Shown one piece after another: positions 29,775-34,940 of a stretch of 34,940 nucleotides of DNA (the stretch's first letter is position 1; every line of letters starts with the position of its first letter). The stretch is from positions 1 to 34,940 of the forward strand of contig JAJRPZ010000047.1 in assembly GCA_024280495.1 (NCBI GenBank), read 5' to 3'. The notes under the pieces were generated by a model, which searched no databases, was not told where the DNA came from, and saw only the letters and a list, made by a program, of their open reading frames with translations. This stretch comes from Alphaproteobacteria bacterium (GTDB taxonomy: Bacteria; Pseudomonadota; Alphaproteobacteria; Caedimonadales; UBA9215). The translations under genes were made by a program, and so were the position numbers.

Positions 29775-30269
29775 ATGAATGTAACTATAGAACAAATTAA
29801 AAACACAACAAATCTCGATTACACAAGAAAAAACCGTGCTATTTATAAATCATTTTATCAAAAGAAAAGTTGTATATTAAGGCATCTTTTCCATGAAACT
29901 CACATTAACAAAGGTGATTATAAAAAACTCAAATGGTATAAAAAATGGTATTTTCTTGCCAAAAAAGATGTGGGAGCGCCAACTTTATCGAAATTTTCTT
30001 ACTTCAATGGTTCTACTTTGGGTATAAATCAATCTTCCGCTCAACCATATACATCGGAAGATTTCGAAAAGGATCTTGCGGTTTTCTATAAACAACAAAA
30101 GTACTCTCGACCTCGCTGTAAAGAAGGCTTCAACCTACTAGAGCTCTTATTAGATATGCAACACTGCGCTGATCAAGACACTGTCAAAACATTTAAATCA
30201 TTACCAGAAATAGATAAAGGACATTTTCTGGAACAGTTAGAAAAAGTTGCTTGCACTATAAAGTTATAA
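29775..30269 (+). CDS. Hypothetical protein
   Basis: 164-aa ORF, SD AAGGA, co-oriented with the upstream gene; no confidently recognised family. Confidence 0.7.
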   Translation: MNVTIEQIKNTTNLDYTRKNRAIYKSFYQKKSCILRHLFHETHINKGDYKKLKWYKKWYFLAKKDVGAPTLSKFSYFNGSTLGINQSSAQPYTSEDFEKDLAVFYKQQKYSRPRCKEGFNLLELLLDMQHCADQDTVKTFKSLPEIDKGHFLEQLEKVACTIKL

Positions 30270-30957
30270 TCTTACCAGTTATGTCACAACTTTCGAGGGC
30301 AAGATCCATAATAAAAGGAACTATGTCTTGAGGCATTTTAATAGCACTCAAATCTACACCAGGCATAGCCTTTTCAAACATATCCGTTTGCAAATCTCCT
30401 GGGTCCACCAAATTAATACGAAAGGATGTGCGGCGCATTTCTTGTGCATATGTTTTTACCATCATATTCAGAGCAGCCTTTGAGGCGACATAAGGCCCCC
30501 AATAAGGTGTAGCCTTCTCATTTACTGATGTAGTTATAAAAATTTCACGGGGGGCCGCTGAGTTTTTTAACAAAGCCTCGAGCCCCGTCATTAAATGCCA
30601 ATTAGCGGTCACATTTACATTCATAATTTTTTGAAAATTCCGTGGTGCATAATGAGTCAGTGGAGATAAATTTCCCAACATACCTGCATTTCCCACCAGT
30701 ACATCAAGGCGACCAAATTTCTTCATCAAGGCTTGGGGTAACGTCTGCAAGCGTTCTGGCTTACTCAAATCAAGGGGAACCAATGTTGTTTCAACGTTAT
30801 ATTGATCCAATTCCTTATCAATAGCCTCGAGCCCCTCAACCCGTCGCGCCATAAGAATGAGTGTCGCGCCTTCTTTTGCAAACCCGTGGGCCAGGGCTGA
30901 ACCGAGACCTCTGGAAGCACCAGTAATTAAAACGACTTTATTTAAAAATTTTCCCAT
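30256..30957 (-). CDS. Short-chain dehydrogenase/reductase (YciK-like)
   Basis: VLITGASRGLG, LVGNAG, YVASK (YxxxK), DPG...T.M. Confidence 0.93.
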   Translation of the reverse strand: MGKFLNKVVLITGASRGLGSALAHGFAKEGATLILMARRVEGLEAIDKELDQYNVETTLVPLDLSKPERLQTLPQALMKKFGRLDVLVGNAGMLGNLSPLTHYAPRNFQKIMNVNVTANWHLMTGLEALLKNSAAPREIFITTSVNEKATPYWGPYVASKAALNMMVKTYAQEMRRTSFRINLVDPGDLQTDMFEKAMPGVDLSAIKMPQDIVPFIMDLALESCDITGKIITL

Positions 30958-31016
30958 GGAAGATGTCCTGTTTTCATATTAGACTAAAAATTATTACTTT
31001 TTTAAAAAAGAAACCC

Positions 31017-33242
31017 ATGAGCAGTCTACAAAACTACACACCAGGATTGAAGTCTAAAACGTACGTAATGGCATTTTTTATTTTTCTCCCGCTATTTTTT
31101 TTATTGCTTATAAGCGGCTTAGCTATTTTTACACCTGATTCTTTTACTCAAACTTTATCTTTCTTCCCGCCTCACTTTATTTTTTCAACCCTCTTAATTT
31201 TACTGGGCATATCAGCTATTCCTTGTAGTCGTATGCTATTACATTATAAACGGGGACGCATTAGTCAATCTCATATTGAACAACTAAACACGCCCTTTGC
31301 CTTAACCTCAACCCAAGGGAAAATCATTTACACCAATAACTCTTTTGAAAAGTGGTTTCCAGAAGCAAAAGATAATTTAACAGAGCTGTCTCCCTACCTT
31401 TTTGCCAGTAAAAATCGCGATAAATTTCATAAGTTTGTTACTCAGGCATGGACTTCAAGTGACGACCAAGATGCAACCTTCAATTTTTCAAGCGAAGATC
31501 AAACCCCTTTTCCTTTTAAAGTCCGTCACACGAAACAAGGAAATTTGGTTTACTGGTCATTCACACCAAGAAACACAGAATATCTGTTCACACCCAATAC
31601 GAATTTTCAACGGGCCTTAAAGGCCAATGACCTTTTTCATATCACCCCATCGAGCAATGTCATCTTGGATAATAAAGGACTCATTCAAGGGTACAACGCA
31701 ACATTTAAAAATATTTTTCTGAGAACTGTCAAAGCCCCCATTGAATCAAAATTTGTGGATCTTCTCGCACCGACCTGCGCCAAAGAAATATCCCATGATA
31801 TTATTTCGCTCCTTGAAACCAAAAAAAAGGGTGCCGCCATTGAATTGGAATTTTCATGGGGGGACAACGTTATTGCCTATATGATGCCCATTTCTTTTTC
31901 CGATGGTTCCGAAGATTTCAAAGGGTATTACCTCCAAATTTTTGATAACTCAGAGCAACGTAATATCCAACTACGCTTAGCTCACTCTCAAAAACTTCAA
32001 GCCCTTGGACAACTAGCTGGTGGTATTGCCCATGATTTCAACAACCTTCTCACGGCTATGATTGGATTTTGTGACCTTCTTCTTATGCGTCTCTCTCCTG
32101 GAGATCAATCCTTCACAGATATCATGCAGATCAAACAAAATGCAAATCGTGCAACTAATTTAGTTCGGCAACTTTTAGCTTTTTCTAGGCAACAAACTCT
32201 CCAACCAACTATTCTTGATGTTTCCGAAGTTCTTTCTGACCTTTCAATCCTCTTGCAGCGCCTTATTGGATCGCGCATTGAACTTAAAATTACCCATGAT
32301 CGTTCCGTTGATTTCATTAAAGTTGATCGCTCCCAATTCGAACAAGTCATTATAAATCTAGTGGTAAATGCCAAAGATGCAATTATTGGCGAAGGGAGCG
32401 TGCGCATCATAACCAAACTAATAACATTGAAAAAACCGACCCTTGTCGACCATGAAACCATGCCAGCAGGACCTTATATCCAAATCGAAGTTATCGATGA
32501 TGGACAGGGAATCAAACGTAAAAATCTAGAGCAGGTTTTTGACCCCTTCTTTTCGACAAAAGACTTTGGTGAGGGTACGGGGCTTGGTCTTGCAACAGCC
32601 TATGGAACAGTTAAGCAGACAGATGGTCATATCAGCGTTGACTCTACCGTTGGTGTTGGAACAAAATTTACTATTTTATTACCTCAACATACACAATCAG
32701 AATTAGAGAAAAAACAGGCGGCTACCAAAATCCACGATGGCCATGAAAAACATATGAATTTCAAAGATTTAACGGGCAAAGGAACTATCCTTTTAGCCGA
32801 GGATGAAGATGCCGTCAGGCTCTTTGCTGCAAGGGCCCTTCGCGATAAAGGATACACTGTTGATCAGGCTCAAAATGGTCAAGAAGCCTTGGACGTTTTG
32901 AAAGAGCGCCATCGCGATGGGCTGGACGCACCAGATCTTTTGATCACAGATGTAGTTATGCCAAAAATGGACGGTCCTAACCTTGTGAAAGAGGCGGAAA
33001 AACTTTTCCCTCAAATGCGTGTTATGTTTATTTCTGGGTATGCCGAGGATGCCTTCAGAGACATGGTGCGTCTGGAAGAAAGAATAAGATTTCTTGCCAA
33101 ACCTTTCAGCCTTAAGGTCTTAGCCTCCAGAGTCAAGGAAACCCTTGAAGCCCCTGCCCCTGAACCTCAAATCACCCAAGATGATAACCTTAAAGATCAG
33201 GAGACTGGTTCCATCCACCTTATTTCCTCTAAAAAAAATTAA
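31017..33242 (+). CDS. cckA: Hybrid sensor histidine kinase CckA (2 TM, PAS-like, HisKA, HATPase, receiver); start 31017 or 30963
   Basis: SQKLQALGQLAGGIAHDFNNLLTAMIGFCDLLL, NANRA..LVRQLLAFSRQQTL.P, GTGLGLAT.YG.VKQT, DLTG.GTILL.EDEDAVR.FAARAL, DVVMP.MDGP, SGYAED. Confidence 0.92.
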   Translation: MSSLQNYTPGLKSKTYVMAFFIFLPLFFLLLISGLAIFTPDSFTQTLSFFPPHFIFSTLLILLGISAIPCSRMLLHYKRGRISQSHIEQLNTPFALTSTQGKIIYTNNSFEKWFPEAKDNLTELSPYLFASKNRDKFHKFVTQAWTSSDDQDATFNFSSEDQTPFPFKVRHTKQGNLVYWSFTPRNTEYLFTPNTNFQRALKANDLFHITPSSNVILDNKGLIQGYNATFKNIFLRTVKAPIESKFVDLLAPTCAKEISHDIISLLETKKKGAAIELEFSWGDNVIAYMMPISFSDGSEDFKGYYLQIFDNSEQRNIQLRLAHSQKLQALGQLAGGIAHDFNNLLTAMIGFCDLLLMRLSPGDQSFTDIMQIKQNANRATNLVRQLLAFSRQQTLQPTILDVSEVLSDLSILLQRLIGSRIELKITHDRSVDFIKVDRSQFEQVIINLVVNAKDAIIGEGSVRIITKLITLKKPTLVDHETMPAGPYIQIEVIDDGQGIKRKNLEQVFDPFFSTKDFGEGTGLGLATAYGTVKQTDGHISVDSTVGVGTKFTILLPQHTQSELEKKQAATKIHDGHEKHMNFKDLTGKGTILLAEDEDAVRLFAARALRDKGYTVDQAQNGQEALDVLKERHRDGLDAPDLLITDVVMPKMDGPNLVKEAEKLFPQMRVMFISGYAEDAFRDMVRLEERIRFLAKPFSLKVLASRVKETLEAPAPEPQITQDDNLKDQETGSIHLISSKKN

Positions 33243-33256
33243 TACTTAGTAATCTC

Positions 33257-33289
33257 TAAAAAAACAGGGCGGGATAAAAAAAACAGGGC
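33257..33289 (+). repeat. Short direct repeat upstream of the SLC13 permease
   Basis: T-A7-CAGGGC (33257-70) and T-A8-CAGGGC (33275-89). Confidence 0.6.
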
Positions 33290-33299
33290 AGGCCAAACA

Positions 33300-34940
33300 A
33301 TGAACGATAATCAACTCCTTATTTTAATTATTATTGCTATTTCTCTAGTTCTTTTTATTTGGGAAAAATGGCGTTATGATTTTGTGGCCCTTGGCTGCAT
33401 GCTCCTTGGAGTTTTTGTAGGAGTTATTCCAACCTCAAGCGCTTTTGCAGGTTTTGGTCACCCGGCAGTTATCACCGTTGCATCGGTCCTTATTTTGTCC
33501 AAGGCCCTTGCTAATAATGGTGTAACTGATCTTTTATCCCAAGCCCTCACGCCCCTCACGTCTAACTTTTACCTTTATCTTTTCGGTCTTTGTTTTGTGG
33601 CTATGATCCTTTCTGCCTTTATGAACAATGTGGGGGCCCTTGCCCTTTTGATGCCTGTTGCCATTGCAACGGCAAAAAAAGTTGGAAAATCTCCCTCTCT
33701 TATTTTAATGCCCCTTGCGTTCTCATCGGTTCTTGGAGGCCTTGGTACCTTGATTGGCACGCCCCCCAATATCATTATCTCCTCATTTCGCGAAAAAAGT
33801 CTCGGTGCAGCTTTTTCTATGTTTGATTTTTCTCCCGTTGGTTTTATTGTTGCCGCGTCAGGGGTTCTCTTTATTTGCCTTGTGGGATGGCGTTTTATTC
33901 CCAAAACACGTGCCAGTAAAACCCCCCTTGAGGACCTTCTTAAAATTGATAATTATGTGACTGAAGTTCAAGTAAAAAGTGGATCGAAATTTATTAATTT
34001 AAATCATGAGCAGTTGTTAGAAAAAATAAAAAACAGCCACGTTAAAATTCTTTCCCTTATTCGCAACAATCAGCGTTTTATAGTGATTCCAAAAAATCAG
34101 TCTTACCAACAAGGTGATATCCTCATTGTTGAATCTTCTCCCAATGATTTGGATCGTTTTTGTTCTAAATATGACCTGCTAATTAAAGGATCCGATGACA
34201 CCCATAAGTTTAATAATGCCAAAGCTAACAAATCACCAAATGATCAAGAAATAATCGAAGTCGTCTTGGGGGCAAGTTCTTCTATTAATGAGCGCCAAGT
34301 AGAAGATATTGGGTTCAAACGACGTTATGGTATAAAATTCATGGGGGTTTCAAGGCAAGGTCACTCCTATAAAGGACGTCTTAAATCATTCACTTTAAAA
34401 GTTGGTGATGTTTTACTGATTCAAGGCCCTTCCGAAAGATTATCCACTGCTATTACAACCTTTGGCCTTATGCCCTTGGCCGAACGAGCGTTACGCATTG
34501 GAGGCTCACGAAAACTTTATCAAGCCATTGCTATTTTTGCCTCAGCCATTCTTTTAACGGCTTTAAAAGTTGTACCAGCCCCCATTGCCATGTCCGCTGG
34601 TGCGCTTATGATGGTCCTAACAAAAACATTAGATGTTAAAGAATTTTATGACAGCATCGATTGGCCTATTATTATTCTCCTTGGTGCAATGATTCCCATC
34701 AGCATGGCATTTGAAACAACGGGGGCTGCTGCCATGGCAGTAAAATTTTTTATCGGAGAATCACCAACACTTTCAGCAGTAACTCTTTTAACATTACTGC
34801 TGGTCATCACGATGTTTTTAACGGATATTATGAATAATGCGGCGACGTCAATTATCATGGCCCCAATTGCCGTTTCCATTGCCCAAAGCTTAGAAGTAAA
34901 TCCTGACAGCTTTCTTATGGCCATTGCCATTGGCGCTAGC
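33300..34940 (+). CDS. SLC13/DASS-like permease with TrkA-C (RCK_C) domains (runs off window end)
   Basis: Not in the ORF track; translated by hand: MNDNQLLILIIIAISLVLFIWEKWRYDFVAL...AFAGFGHPAVITVA...LSAFMNNVGALALLMP...LGGLGTLIGTPPNIII...DIMNNAAT...APIA. Confidence 0.92.
   Translation, partial: MNDNQLLILIIIAISLVLFIWEKWRYDFVALGCMLLGVFVGVIPTSSAFAGFGHPAVITVASVLILSKALANNGVTDLLSQALTPLTSNFYLYLFGLCFVAMILSAFMNNVGALALLMPVAIATAKKVGKSPSLILMPLAFSSVLGGLGTLIGTPPNIIISSFREKSLGAAFSMFDFSPVGFIVAASGVLFICLVGWRFIPKTRASKTPLEDLLKIDNYVTEVQVKSGSKFINLNHEQLLEKIKNSHVKILSLIRNNQRFIVIPKNQSYQQGDILIVESSPNDLDRFCSKYDLLIKGSDDTHKFNNAKANKSPNDQEIIEVVLGASSSINERQVEDIGFKRRYGIKFMGVSRQGHSYKGRLKSFTLKVGDVLLIQGPSERLSTAITTFGLMPLAERALRIGGSRKLYQAIAIFASAILLTALKVVPAPIAMSAGALMMVLTKTLDVKEFYDSIDWPIIILLGAMIPISMAFETTGAAAMAVKFFIGESPTLSAVTLLTLLLVITMFLTDIMNNAATSIIMAPIAVSIAQSLEVNPDSFLMAIAIGAS

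Noticed and set aside
28060..30269. Intact prophage or toxin-antitoxin pair
   Set aside because: No integrase, structural, replication or recognisable toxin domains; flanked directly by core genes.

Overview
AT-rich alphaproteobacterial chromosomal window. CckA, alpha-type SspB, a split atpHAGD operon and heavily shuffled gene order are compatible with a Holosporales/Rickettsiales-like lineage, which is an inference. Most of it is housekeeping: fadL-like porin (partial), DUF2147, flgG/flgF, NhaC-family transporter, cdsA, glyA, nrdR, tmk, a peptidoglycan cluster (dac, rlpA, mrcA, amidase, GH3), ihfB, tRNA-Met, sspB, LysE, a TPP-riboswitch-controlled thiBPQ, atpHAGD (no atpC), an SDR, cckA and an SLC13 permease (partial). 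The main candidates for something new are four. (1) A phage-like switch at 28.0-30.3 kb with no flanking prophage: an XRE/S24 repressor that has lost its autocleavage dyad, overlapping opposed promoters, and two divergent hypothetical genes (GcrA-like HTH; possible Q/GafZ-like protein), one gene from cckA. (2) An accessory DUF1353-like / membrane alpha-beta hydrolase / cytochrome P450 block. (3) A 41-bp dispersed intergenic repeat whose two copies differ in a protein-coding-like pattern. (4) A TPP aptamer containing the Shine-Dalgarno of thiB. All family assignments come from motif recognition by eye, without database searches.
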